From contig NC_135250.1 in NCBI RefSeq assembly GCF_964204865.1, positions 23,188,001-23,252,000 on the forward strand: a stretch of 64,000 bases of DNA, read 5' to 3'. Positions within the stretch are counted from its first letter, which is position 1, and each line of letters opens with the position of its first letter. The DNA is from Styela clava (lineage: Eukaryota). The notes under the pieces were generated by a model, which saw only the letters and a program-made list of their open reading frames with translations, had not been told where the DNA came from and searched no databases. Both the position numbers and the translations under genes were made by a program. This document shows, piece after piece, positions 25,278 to 37,370 of this stretch.

Positions 25278-25360
25278 GTTACTCCTGAAGTATGCGCACT
25301 AAGATGTCGCATAACTTTAACCTGGTACACAACCTGAGTTCAGCATACTTCAGGAGGTCC
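25278..25360. mobile_element. 83-bp micro-MITE
   Basis: Inverted CTCCTGAAGTATGC/GCATACTTCAGGAG; 8-bp TSD AAAAGTTT; absent from paralogous units. Confidence 0.75.
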
Positions 25361-28300
25361 AAAAGTTTTCCATACCTAGAACACCAGTAGATATTGGAGT
25401 TGTGAGAAAGTTTAAAAAGGGGAGTGGTTTTTAATTTTGATGATGTCATCGCACACAAAAACTGAATCCTAAAGAGCCAACAGAATTTTTTGAAATAAAT
25501 GAAAGTGATAGACTTTTAGTGAAAAATACAATCTTTAACCACTGGAAATTTCAAAGCAATTCCTCTAGTAGGTAATGAGGAGAGATATTTTTTCACAACA
25601 ACAACATAATAACAAAACGCTCTCAACCTTTCATGCGGCTCTTGTTAATGCTTCAAAAAGTAATTACTTTCAAAGAAAATTTTTCATTGGAAACTAATCA
25701 TTGACTTGAAATTAAAATGTGTTGTATTAAAAGTCTATTATTTAGTCGAATGAATTCCCCCTTGTTTATTAGCGTAGCGTTAACTAATCTACAAGATACA
25801 ATAGGGACGCAACAGTAAGCGTTTTCGCGGCCACTCGTACACTTTTCACTTGGAAAGATTTTGGTCGTGCCCCCCCCCCGTTTGAAATTTGTTTTTTTTA
25901 TCATTGTTCTACGTTCAAACAACGTCGTTCCACGGTCATATCAATGTGGTGAAAATTACTTTTTTCCAGTGCTTTATCACCTCGACGTAATTCAACACCG
26001 CCCGACTTCAATCATACCTTTTTGCTGTTAGTTACGTATTAATCGCTATCCCCGCGTATATGTTTGTATTCAAAAATGAGATAGTTACCTCAAAAAAGTA
26101 GAAATCCCGCGCTGTCGATGCGAATTGAAAGCGACAATAGCATAATGCTATCTCTCTCTCTCTCTTGTGACGAATACTCTCGTGCTTCATCATCTTGACG
26201 CAATGTGACGCCGCCCGTCTTCATGTTATAATATTGCATCTTTTTGAGGTGAGGCTCATTTCATACCATCATCTGTATAACGTCATAACAAACTTGCTGT
26301 GGCCTTCTAGGCTGAGAACAATTATTAAACTTCTGATATTTCTATTCTGAAAATGATGATGATTTTGAGAAATTTTTATTTTAAAGAATTTCTTGGCAAC
26401 TAATGAGCCATGAAATATCATTATTATTCATTGATTTCAATTCCTGATTAACAGACAATAAGTTCTGTAATAAAAGAATGGTTGAATATGGTTTTATTGA
26501 ATATCCTTGAAAATTTTATTATTGTAGTATATTCATATTGACTAATTCACTGAACTTGATAAAATATCTGTGTCAGTGAAATTGTCATTGTTATTGCTTT
26601 ATGTAATATATAAGGTACTCGAAGGAAATATAAATTTTCATTTTGATGCTCGTAGTTACTCTTCTGACAAATTCTCACTGGTATTATTTATGCAATTTTT
26701 CACAGCTGTAATTTGCAATATTAATATCATAATTAGATCAGCTGAAAAAGAAGTGATGGTCGCGAAGTTCCTGCTTGTCTTCATAACATGCTTGATTTAT
26801 CACTCGGTAATTTCCCAAAAGATTGTTGAGGATGATTTGATGCATATTTTTGATAAAGATCTACACAGACAACACATGTCATTATTGTTTGGCAAAAAGT
26901 GGAATTGATATCAGGCTGTGGAGTTGGCAGTTTAGTAAACTCATTTTGAAATTTGGCTGGAAACCACTATTTTAAATGTCCTCGAGTTGGATTCAAAATA
27001 GATCAATGGCTTAAAGTTTTATAAAAAGTTTTTCATACCTAGAACACCAGTAGATTCTGGAATCATGAGAAAGTTTAAAAAGTGGAGTAGTTTTTTATTT
27101 TGATGTCGTCGCACACAAAAACTGAATACTAAAAAGCCAACAGAATTTTTTAAAATAAATGAAAGTCACAGACTTTTAGCAAAAAATACAATCTTAACCC
27201 AATGGAAATTTTAAAACAATTCCTCCAGTAGGTAATGAGGAAAGATATTTTTTCACAACAACAACAACATAATAACAAAACGATCCATATGTACACTTCA
27301 TATCCAATTAGAATCTAGAAGATCGGGAAATCATATTTTAATTAATATTTTTGGTGATCTATTATTGTCGAGCAATCGTGATCACACTGGATGGTATCCA
27401 AGAGTCACACAATCCAACACCAGATAGTTAGGGTATTCCCCGTTTCACGGACAACAGGCAGGAAGGTGTTGTGTTGTGGGAAATACAACACGGTGCATTT
27501 TGTTTCGGCATTCTGGACATACCGGTATAAGTTTATTTTTATTCATCAATGAACTAGGTATATGTGTGAATGCAATATTGAAGAGACTTTATGTCATAAA
27601 TTTTTGGGGTCTTACTACTTATTGACTACCGTACAGCGCGAAACACCGCAAAACAGAGGGAAACAGCGCATAACAGAGAAAATAGCGCAAAACAGAAGGA
27701 AACCAGCGCAAAACAGGAGACGCAGTTATTACCACCTCATGACGGCTCCTGCCACGAAAGAACAACGGTGCCTCTCGCCATGGTTTTATGGTGCTATTTC
27801 CGGTATTTTTACAAGGTTATGTAGCGGATTTGGGTCTGGTATAGTTTAGTACCACATGCACTTCTAGTTGGCCTGGCTCAACAATTTTTGCATATTTTAA
27901 TCCTAACCCCCACCTGACTACATCACCGGAAAATTACGTCATTTGAACGTCACAGTGGCGTAATAAGACCCACAAAGTATGAGGATGGTCGTCAAAATCG
28001 CGCAGACGATCACCCGAAATCGAGCAAGCTAGTTCTCTCGTTTTTTCGTCACAACGATCACCATAGAAGAGGGATCGTCGGCGTTAGCGAGTTCGTTATC
28101 GGCGGCGCAGATGCCATTTCGGGCGATCGTAATTATACTTTGGCAAGCCATATCACGTGACGGTGACGTCCTAGTGACGTAGTTTTTGGATGGCATAGTC
28201 AGGTGGGGATTAGGTATAACATATGCAAAATTCGTTATGCTGCACCCACTGGAAGTACTTGTGGTACTAAACTATACTAGACCCGCGGATTCTAGGTCAT

Positions 28301-29469
28301 CATGCGAAATTTTATCTACTTTTCTATTATCTAACCCTAAAGCTAAATCAATTAAAACTGTATCCATATGGAAAATGTTCTAAATTGCATTGCCCAAAAT
28401 GTGTCACCAGCAGGGGAAGACCTGCCATTACAGCCTACATGCCTTGGTTTGTGTTTTTAATTTGCTGCCGTGGTACCCCAACTAAAAAAATAAATAAATA
28501 TGTGCCCCAACTTATTGCAAATTTTTTTTCTGTTTTGCGCTGTTTCCCCCTGTTTTGTGTGCTGTTCTCCTCTGCTTCTCGCTGTATTCAGTAAGTAGTA
28601 AGACCGTTTATTTTTGGAATGTCAATGGGCTGTTGCATAGAAAATAATCAAAATACTATTTTAGCATATGAATCGCAAAAGTATGCGAAAAATCAACAAT
28701 TTGGGAATATCGAAATTCAGTAAAAAAGGATGAAATAGTTAAAAGTAGAAGTACTATGCGTTCAATTTTCAAATGTTAACTGATAGAAATTTTAAATATA
28801 TTGAAAACAAGTGAAAGAAATGATTTATTATTGTATGAACACTTGGATGATCTCATACATAGATCAATCATGATGTGACATTTTTTATGCAACACCAGCT
28901 TTGATGAATATATGGGAAGATTCAAATGTCCAAATTTATGCATCATTTTGATTTAATTCATAGATAGATAGTGGATAGAAAAGTGCCAAAACACCACTTT
29001 GTTGTCTGATTTTCTATCTAAATTAACTACCGCAAATCGATCAATTATTGGTAAACATATATAAAATGTGGGCACAACTTGGATGACAATTGTATGATAA
29101 TATGGATTAACTTATTTTCAATTGACATATATTGTATTATATATGATACAAAACTCTGGTGATGGTATGGTTTTATATTTTAATTGTTACTTATATTATT
29201 TGAACATGTGGGAAATGTGTTTGAAATTATAAAACTGTTTAATTTGGGGCAACTTATACTAATTCGACACTAAAATCTCTATACGAAATAAAGGTAAGAT
29301 TGGGCCACAAATTCCGGCCCGACTCAGGCCCGTGGGTATTAAACCCGACCCAAGCCCGACTAATTAACTGGATTTGCAGGCCCGAAGCAAACCCGAAAGT
29401 TCCTATTTTATTTAGTTCATCGAATTGTCATTGCAAGAGTTGATGAGGCGACTTCTGCAAACCACAGGC

Positions 29470-29707
29470 TGTTGGGAAGTCTGATGAGCAGATTCTTTAC
29501 AGATTACCAACTTGAGTGTCTTTGTATAAATCCAATGTTTGTGAATGAAGCATAACACATTTAACCTAATGTAAGTCTAACTGTTAACAAAGATCTTAAT
29601 ACAACCAAATACTCCAATCAGTTAAATAGAAAATAACACAAACATGTATGATACAGGTAGAGAGAAATGGCATAGGAACAGGATGGCAGAAATGGCATAT
29701 CCCAATA
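29470..29707 (-). repeat. 3' LTR of the Gypsy element
   Basis: Direct repeat of 34497-34734, preceded on the minus strand by a polypurine tract. Confidence 0.95.
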
Positions 29708-29893
29708 TCTCCCCTTCGTAAAGGAAAAAGATATTTGTTTTTCAAAATATCACAAAATGACAAAGTGAATAAATAACGAAATAGCAACAGGTAAAGAAAC
29801 ATTTGAACAGCAATAAACAAAGAAATAAAAATTGTTCAGTATTCATTATCAAATGTCTTATTTCATCACATAGAACAGTCAGTATAGTCATGT

Positions 29894-32800
29894 TCATTCA
29901 GACAGCCCTGGCTTGTTGTAAGGCTGTAGGCGTCTCAATGCCAGAGGTAATCTTGGTGGGTGCGTGGCTGGACGAGAAATAGCTGAGGGATTAGTTTGGT
30001 TTGACAAAGGGCGAAACGGTGGGGGCCCCGAATTTGGAGGGTGGTTAGCTCTGGAGATATGGCTAGAATGTGGCAGGTTGGGTGATATGGGAATTGTAGC
30101 TTGGGGTTCGAACAAAATAGGCTTTAGGAATTTCCGGTTTCGTGTGACTGTTCTCCCAGATCCATCCATTCTAATCAAGTATTTACGGTGTTTGAAGCAT
30201 TTCACAACTTTTCCTGACCTGTCCCATCTTTTGTTGATGGGATTTTGGATTGAAACGTTTGTTCCTTCTTCTAAAAATGGTAGGTCGTGTGCATGTTTGT
30301 TGTATTCAGTTTGTAGGTCAATATATTCCTGAGAAAGAGTTTTTTCTCTAGCTTTGGCTGCTTGTGTCCACAGTGGATTGAGCCGTAGGTTTGATGGGTG
30401 AATAGGTAAGAAGTCCCTCAGATGCCGAGAAAACAAAAGTTGTGCTGGACTGAGTCCAATATCACGGAGAGGGGTGTTTCGATATTGAAGAAGTGCTTTG
30501 CCGAATGAACGACTTTTTGGGGAACCGTCTGGCAGTAAATTGTCCCGGATGAGTCGTTTGGCTGTTTTTACGGCAAGTTCAGCTCGCCCATTTGATTGTG
30601 GATAGTGTGCTGACGAGATTCGACCTTTCACACCCCAAATTTCCAGAAATTTCTTGAATTCCTCTGAAGCAAACTGAGGGCCACCATCAGTACCGTACTG
30701 AGTTCTTCAGCACAGCCAAAGCGCGTGAAAAGTTGTTCGAAAACAGGAATGATGTGGTTTGTGGAAGGTGATCGGTGAAAGTGGGCAATTTCAATCCATC
30801 CACTGAATCTGTCTGTGATTGCTAAGTAATCGTTACCATTTAGATAAAATAGGTCAGCACAGATTTGTTGAAAAGGCCATTGGGGTGGAGGTGTTGGTAT
30901 GATAGTTTCTTGAACTTGAGATGGTGCAATATAGGAGCAAGTGGAGCAAGAAGATTTGAAGTTGAGAATGCATTTGTTCATTCCCGGCCAGTACACACAA
31001 TCTTTTGCCCTAGCGACCATATTTGTGCAGCCCTGGTGGGCACTGTGTAGTGTATGGAGCACAGATGATCTGAGCTGTCGAGGGATAACGAATCTTTTGT
31101 TATCTAAAACAATGATCTTGTTGTCGAAACAAGATAGTCTGTTACGTAGTTCCCAATAGGAGCGAACCTCCGGTGAAGTGGCACTTCTTGTGGGAGGGAA
31201 TCCAGAAGAAATGGTTTCATGTAACAGCTTATGTGATTTGTCAGCTTGACAAGCGTTTTGAAGCCTATCGATAGTTATTGCCCGATCCGTAAGAGGTCCA
31301 TTCTCGTTTTCAATGTAACAATTTAAGGCTTGTATTGTCTCGTGCATGAGAGACCAAGTGGTGTCGTCCTCTAGTTCAGCAGCAAAGAGGTCTTCATCAG
31401 TTGGATTAGAGGCAGAAAGTACTGGATTCCTTGAAAGCGCATCTGGCCCTCTGTGCCATTTTCCACAACAGTGGTGTATGGAGAAATCGTATTGAGAAAC
31501 TTTTGATCTGAATCTCAGCACGCGTGGGTTGCTGATGTCAGATAGTTGTCGGTTGCTGAACAATGGGATGAGGGGTTTGTGATCGGTTACTACAATGAGA
31601 TCTTTACAGCCGAGGATGAAAGACTTGGCATGGTCTAAGCTCCAAGCAACCGCAAGCGCTTCGCCTTCGATGGGTGCATAGTTTCTTTCAGCTTGTGAAG
31701 TGTGCCGAGAGCCGGCGTATACGAGATGCCAACCATCGGGGCAACAATTTGGGGCTTCATTTGTACCGCAGGTACAATATTTCTGTAGAAGTAGATAGCC
31801 AATGCCGTCCTTGCTCCAGTCGCATTGAATCAAAGATGGTCGATGAAGGTCAAATGATTTGATCCCTTCTTCACATAGGGTGATAAGTTTCGCTTTCGAT
31901 TTCTCAAATATAGATTGAAGAGTGTCGTCCCATATGAATTTGGATCCCTTTTTTAATGGGAGCATAATGGGGGAGATGGCGTAAGCCCATGATATTTGAT
32001 TTACCAAGCCGTGCCAACTTCGAGCGTCGTGAATGTTTGTCGGAGGTGGAAAGTTTTTGATGGAGTCAAGAAGCGCTGGGGCAGGTGCAATCCCAGCAGG
32101 GGTTATTTTAAGGCCAGCAAATATGATGGTATCCTGACAGAATTTGAATTTATCAGGGTTGAATACTATCCCCTTTTGAACGCTCAGTGTGAGAAAATCC
32201 CAAACTTGATAGAAGGATGATTGAATGTCACTCTCATATAGGCATAGGTCATCCACTACATGCTGTACTTTTTCAATGTTTGACTCTTCTAGAATGAGAT
32301 CGAGGTTGCGATTGAAAATATCTCCTGCAGATTTAAAACCTTGAATAAGGCGTGTGTTCATAAATCTTCCCCATGGTGTGATGAACGTTGTCAGTGGTTG
32401 ACTTTCCTCATCTAGTGGGACGCTATGATAGCCATCAGTGATGTCCAAAATAGACTTTTTCGTGTTAGGAGGAATTTTGCAGGCAGCTTTGAATGGAGAT
32501 GGATTATAGTGAGCTTCTCGTATGCACTGGGCGTTCAATTTCTGTAAATCAATAGTTCGCCGGATAGATCCATTTTTCTTCAAGAGTGTGACCATGGGTG
32601 AACACCATGGTGTGATCATGCCTGGAGGTACGGGCTTTACTATGCCCTTTTCGACATCGTCCAGTAGTTTTTGCTTTGCTGGTTTCTCCATATGTATGGG
32701 TATTGGAATCGGTGTGTGGCGTGCATATGGGATAGCCTTCGGTTTGAGGTAGATGTGTGCAGGTGGTCCCTGCATTGTGGGGAATGGTGGAGATCGGTCA

Positions 32801-34497
32801 AAGGCGGAAGCCTTGAAACTATCCAGAATGTACTGTTTCAGTCTAGTTATGTTGTCCTCAGTTGGAGGAAAAGGAATAGACATAGGTCTGGTCGGTAGTG
32901 ATTGAACCCGTTGATTTGTGATTGAGGGTTTTGTGGGAGACCTTGTGCTCGTAAGAGAGTTTATTGAGCTGGCATGAGGTGATGGCAGTGGAAAACTCTT
33001 CGGTAGGATGTCCAATGCTATACATGCATCTTTGCTTAAATATAGATGGCGTAGCTTTATCCCAGGTTCAGTAAAGTATAGTTGTTGTTTTGTTTGTTTA
33101 CCATATCCAATAATATTTATGTTTACGTTGGCATAGCAGTAAGCTTTGATAGTACTACCTCCTACAATGCGAATGCTTTTGTTACATTTTTGTAGAACTC
33201 TCTTCGATATGTGCAAATATGAAATATATGGATGTTCAGCGACACATATTGATGCTCCACTGTCCGGTAGTGCTGTCACAGGTTTGGAGCAGATGCTGTT
33301 TGCTGTAGACGAAGTATGAGAGATCTGAATTTTGATTTCAGCTAATGAGGAGTGTGGATCTCCAACGTTATAAAGTGAAATTACGCTCAGATTGGCTTTT
33401 TCATCCACAGAATCTGAGTCTGACTGGGACTCGGATGATGTCATGGACTGTGCCTGTATTGCATTGCTTTTTGCGGAGAAGCATACTTTCTTGTAATGAT
33501 TATCTTTTCGACAGTGAGAACAAGTTTTTCCCCATGCTGGGCATCGATTCTTCCTGTCCATTTCTGTGGATCCATGATTAAGACTGCCACATCCCCTACA
33601 TGCAATGCGTCCTGAAGATGACTTCTTGCTAGGGCTTCTCTTTTGACGTTGTCTTTGTGTGGCGAAGTGTGATACAGAATATGATTGTGTGTGGCAGTGT
33701 ATCGTTTCTTGATTTCGAATAGCCGATTCGTAAGCGGTGGCATACTTAACAACTTCTTCTAAGGTAATAAGGGCCTTTTTGTCTGCGCATTTGGACAGTA
33801 TGTCAGCCTGAAGGGTTGTGTTGCAAATGCCCTTGATGAGCTGATCCCGAACGTGCCAGTCGGTTTGATCAAACTTGCATGCTTCGCTTGGGCATATGTA
33901 TTCGCAGTCGTGTGCCACAGAAAGCAGTCTGGCTACAAACTGTGTGACTGTTTCCCCAGTATGTTGCTGCATGTCCATGAATTTTGTTCTGTGCGTAAGA
34001 GGATTTAATTCTAGTGTGACAATGTTCCTGATTTTAGATAGGAATTCCTTTTCGGTTAAGTCTCTGAACTCTGAACATGTGTTGTTGATGATTTTTTGAA
34101 CTGCCTGATCACATGCAGAGTAAAGTAAATCATTGGCATGAACACTTGCATGTGGTTGAAGGTTCTTGAATGTTGTCCACACGGATAAAGCAGTGCGAAA
34201 ATCAGAACTAGACATTCTAGTTGAGAATTCAGGTAACTTTACGGGCAGATTTAGTTTGGTGGGCTGAGAAGAGTTGGATATGTTTTGCTGAGAATGATTC
34301 AATATTTTAATTTGATGTGCTAAGATTGTTATACCCAAATCACTTTTAAGAGTATTTTTGTCCAGCTGTGGTAATTCAGTCTCAGTGAGCTCATTAGCAT
34401 GAAATGTATTTCCATATTCATCGGATCTCTCATCGGGGATGCCGAGAGATTTGAAAAAAGTACTCCAGCTGGTAGCATCTGTTAGTCGCAGCGCCAT
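29894..34497 (-). pseudogene. Gag-Pol polyprotein: SAM-like N-terminus, Gag with two zinc knuckles, protease, RT, RNase H, integrase; frameshifted in the integrase core
   Basis: CRGCG..H..CPAWGKTCSHCRKDNH...C, protease LPDSGAS, RT YHSVPLD..TTFITPWG and VVDD, RNase H CDWSKDGIG and VTDHKPL, integrase HSAHQG..CSTC and PQSNGRAE. A 5-bp insertion at 30691-30697 breaks LSTDGGPQF. Confidence 0.93.
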
Positions 34498-34734
34498 GTT
34501 GGGAAGTCTGATGAGCAGATTCTTTACAGATTACCAACTTGAGTGTCTTTGTATAAATCCAATGTTTGTGAATGAAGCATAACACATTTAACCTAATGTA
34601 AGTCTAACTGTTAACAAAGATCTTAATACAACCAAATACTCCAATCAGTTAAATAGAAAATAACACAAACATGTATGATACAGGTAGAGAGAAATGGCAT
34701 AGAAACAGGATGGCAGAAATGGCATATCCCAATA
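34497..34734 (-). repeat. 5' LTR of the Gypsy element
   Basis: Termini TATTGGGA...TCCCAACA on the element strand; matches 29470-29707. Confidence 0.95.
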
Positions 34735-35741
34735 CAGGCTCTCTCGCGGCCGAAACGCCTCATTTAAAAAGAGTCACCGATAGAGAAGCCCGACCCAAAC
34801 GGATCTTTAGATCTTAGCTTTATTATGAAAATTCAGTTTAACATTTGAATTTATTTGGCGAGAAAAAAAAAAGTCATAGTCAAGTTGATTTTTTCCAACC
34901 AGTAATATATTCAACAGATACAAATGAAAAAACCATGCGAAAGAGTAAAGAATATAATTTTACTGGCAGACTGGGAAATGAAGTCGCGGGGATATTTGAT
35001 GGTGGGCCTGTTATCCAACTGAACCTAATTGAAATTATGATCATCTATCATCTGTAGTGGGCTGAAGATTGGAACACTGTAGAAAAAAGATGATAAAGAA
35101 CAGGTTCATTTAATGAATTCCTTTAAACATTAGTTGTTTAACATGCCAATATGGAGTATGATATCGGTACTCAAATATGAAATACCAGAATTAGAATAAA
35201 ACATATATTATCATAAGCTAGCATTTGGATAGGCGCATTGTACTGCAATATATATGAATAAATAGATAATAAAACTATGTTGGAGTGTCAGTTCAGGTTT
35301 ATAGGCTTCGAAACATCTCGAGAACAAACCAAATTAAACTACCGGTATTATTATTACATGATACCGGTACTTGCATTGTACATTCTACAAGAGAATTGTA
35401 TTTTCCGACATATAGACTTGATAGGTGTATTTGATGTTCATGGTACAGCAACGCTTATCTGTTCTGTTGCCAATTCAACAGTTGGTTGAAAAAATTTTAA
35501 GTTTTTCTGTTTTGATCAGTTCAAGCAATTCTGGTATATTTAAGATGGTCTGGATCATGCAGTTGTACTTGGTGATAAAAACTTTTTTTTGTAAAATTGA
35601 GGTTTACTTTTCATTGACTGTAATGTCTAATTAATTACCGTATCTTTGAATTAATCATTTTTTTCTATTGTTTCAGGTCTTTTCAATAATAGTAGTAGTA
35701 GCATAAAATTCTTTATAAAATCAAACCAAAGCATCTCAAAA

Positions 35742-37370
35742 ATGGAAGAAAAAATCAATACAGATTCTAAAGAACATGCTGTTGAAATTTTACAACAATT
35801 AAATGAATATCAGAAAACTGGACATCATTGTGATTTCATGATCAAAGCTGGATCTGAGGAACTTCCTGTTCATAAGAATATTGTGTCGGCAAGTTCCGAT
35901 TATTTTAAAGCAATGTTATCTCATGAAAATGTGGAAACAAAATCTGGTGTCGTTGAAATAAAGGAATTTGATGAAGTTTGTGTTAAAAAATGTGTTGATT
36001 TCATTTACACTGGGGATGCTTATGTTGCCAAAGAAAAACGTGAAACACTCATGGGTGTCGCTCACATGATGCAGCTGCAAAGACTTTGTGATAGTATCGC
36101 AATTTTTCTGGAAGATGATCTTGATCCTAGATTGTTTTTTGAAACTAAAAAAATTGCGAATAGGTACAACTGTAAACAACTTGAGGAAAAATGCAATCAA
36201 TTTGCATTGCAACGTTTTAAAGAAATTGCTCAGTCTGATGAGTTTATGGATCTTGATGAAAAATTTATTTCATTTCTGATGGAATCAAAGGAAACAAAAG
36301 CAAAGGAAGAAGTGAAATGTAAGATGTTGTTAGCATGGACCAAACATGATATTGAGGAAAGAAAAGAATGTTTTCTTGGTTTGGTGATGAAATTTCAATT
36401 GACAAAAATGCCTTTGTCATATAGAAGATTTCTTGTTGAGAATGAACCACTGTTATTTGAATCTATGCAGTCTATTCGTTCCCTTACTTTATCAATCCTT
36501 GACAGCAATGGGAATGCCAGTTCAAAAGATGTCAAGTTGACAGAGAATAAACAGCTTGTTTTTTGTGATCAAATTTCTCAAAGAATGCATTCCTATGCTG
36601 TTGATGATAAAACATGGACACCAATGCAAACCATAGATCAAGCAATTATACAGAATACATTATATTCTGCTGTAGTGATGGAATCTTACATTTATGTGAT
36701 TTGTACAAATGGATCGTTTTATAGACTTGAATATGCTGAATCAAATGCAAAGTGGGAACAAATGACAAATACTAAGCTTCAGTATGCTTGTGCAGTTGCA
36801 CTAGATGGTTTTGTTTATGGTATTGAATATCAGAATTACGCAAACATTATGGAAAGATACGATCCATCAAATAATAGTTGGACCAGACTAACAAACAAAT
36901 CATTGATTCTAACTTGTGAATCTTTGGTGGCTGCTGATGGAAAGGTGTTTTGTATTGCTGGATTTAATCGACAAGGTCGAGCAACAAACCAAGTTGAGAT
37001 TTATGATCCTGTCACATCAACTTGGTCAATGGATAATAGATCATTGAATGAAGCAAGATATTCTGCTTCTGCAACTGCTACAGAGGAAGTAATATATATT
37101 ATGGGAGGTTATGATGATGGAGATACAATTTTCAATACTGTTGAATTTCGTTCATCTGTAACTAAAACCTGGATGATCTTGAAACCAATGAAAAATGCTA
37201 GAGAAGAGTTTGGTAGTTGTGTGATTGATGAGAAAGTTTATGTCATTGGTGGAAATGGAAATCCTGCAAATATAGAGGAATATGATCCTGAAACAAAAGA
37301 ATGGAAAATTATTGAAACCATTCAAGGAAAAAATGTAACTCCACTGGCTACTGTTGCATTATTTATGTAA
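35742..37370 (+). CDS. Kelch-like protein, copy K4, intact, 542 aa
   Basis: Paralog; C-terminus and 3' flank shared with K2. Confidence 0.95.
   Translation: MEEKINTDSKEHAVEILQQLNEYQKTGHHCDFMIKAGSEELPVHKNIVSASSDYFKAMLSHENVETKSGVVEIKEFDEVCVKKCVDFIYTGDAYVAKEKRETLMGVAHMMQLQRLCDSIAIFLEDDLDPRLFFETKKIANRYNCKQLEEKCNQFALQRFKEIAQSDEFMDLDEKFISFLMESKETKAKEEVKCKMLLAWTKHDIEERKECFLGLVMKFQLTKMPLSYRRFLVENEPLLFESMQSIRSLTLSILDSNGNASSKDVKLTENKQLVFCDQISQRMHSYAVDDKTWTPMQTIDQAIIQNTLYSAVVMESYIYVICTNGSFYRLEYAESNAKWEQMTNTKLQYACAVALDGFVYGIEYQNYANIMERYDPSNNSWTRLTNKSLILTCESLVAADGKVFCIAGFNRQGRATNQVEIYDPVTSTWSMDNRSLNEARYSASATATEEVIYIMGGYDDGDTIFNTVEFRSSVTKTWMILKPMKNAREEFGSCVIDEKVYVIGGNGNPANIEEYDPETKEWKIIETIQGKNVTPLATVALFM

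Larger units (their letters stand above)
29470..34734 (-). mobile_element. Full-length Ty3/Gypsy LTR retrotransposon (Mag-like), recent insertion
   Basis: 238-bp LTRs at 29470-29707 and 34497-34734 with one visible mismatch. 5-bp TSD CAGGC (29465-29469, 34735-34739). PBS TGGCGCTGCGAC next to the 5' LTR; PPT AAGGGGAGA next to the 3' LTR. Order gag-PR-RT-RH-IN. Confidence 0.96.

Noticed and set aside
30628-30700. Programmed ribosomal frameshift in pol
   Set aside because: No slippery site, and the break is inside the integrase core; it is explained by a 5-bp TA-flanked insertion.
29894-37370. Diversity-generating retroelement (RT next to hypervariable genes)
   Set aside because: The RT belongs to an ordinary LTR element with a TSD. 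No template repeat is visible, and KLHL variation includes indels and all base types rather than adenine-specific changes.
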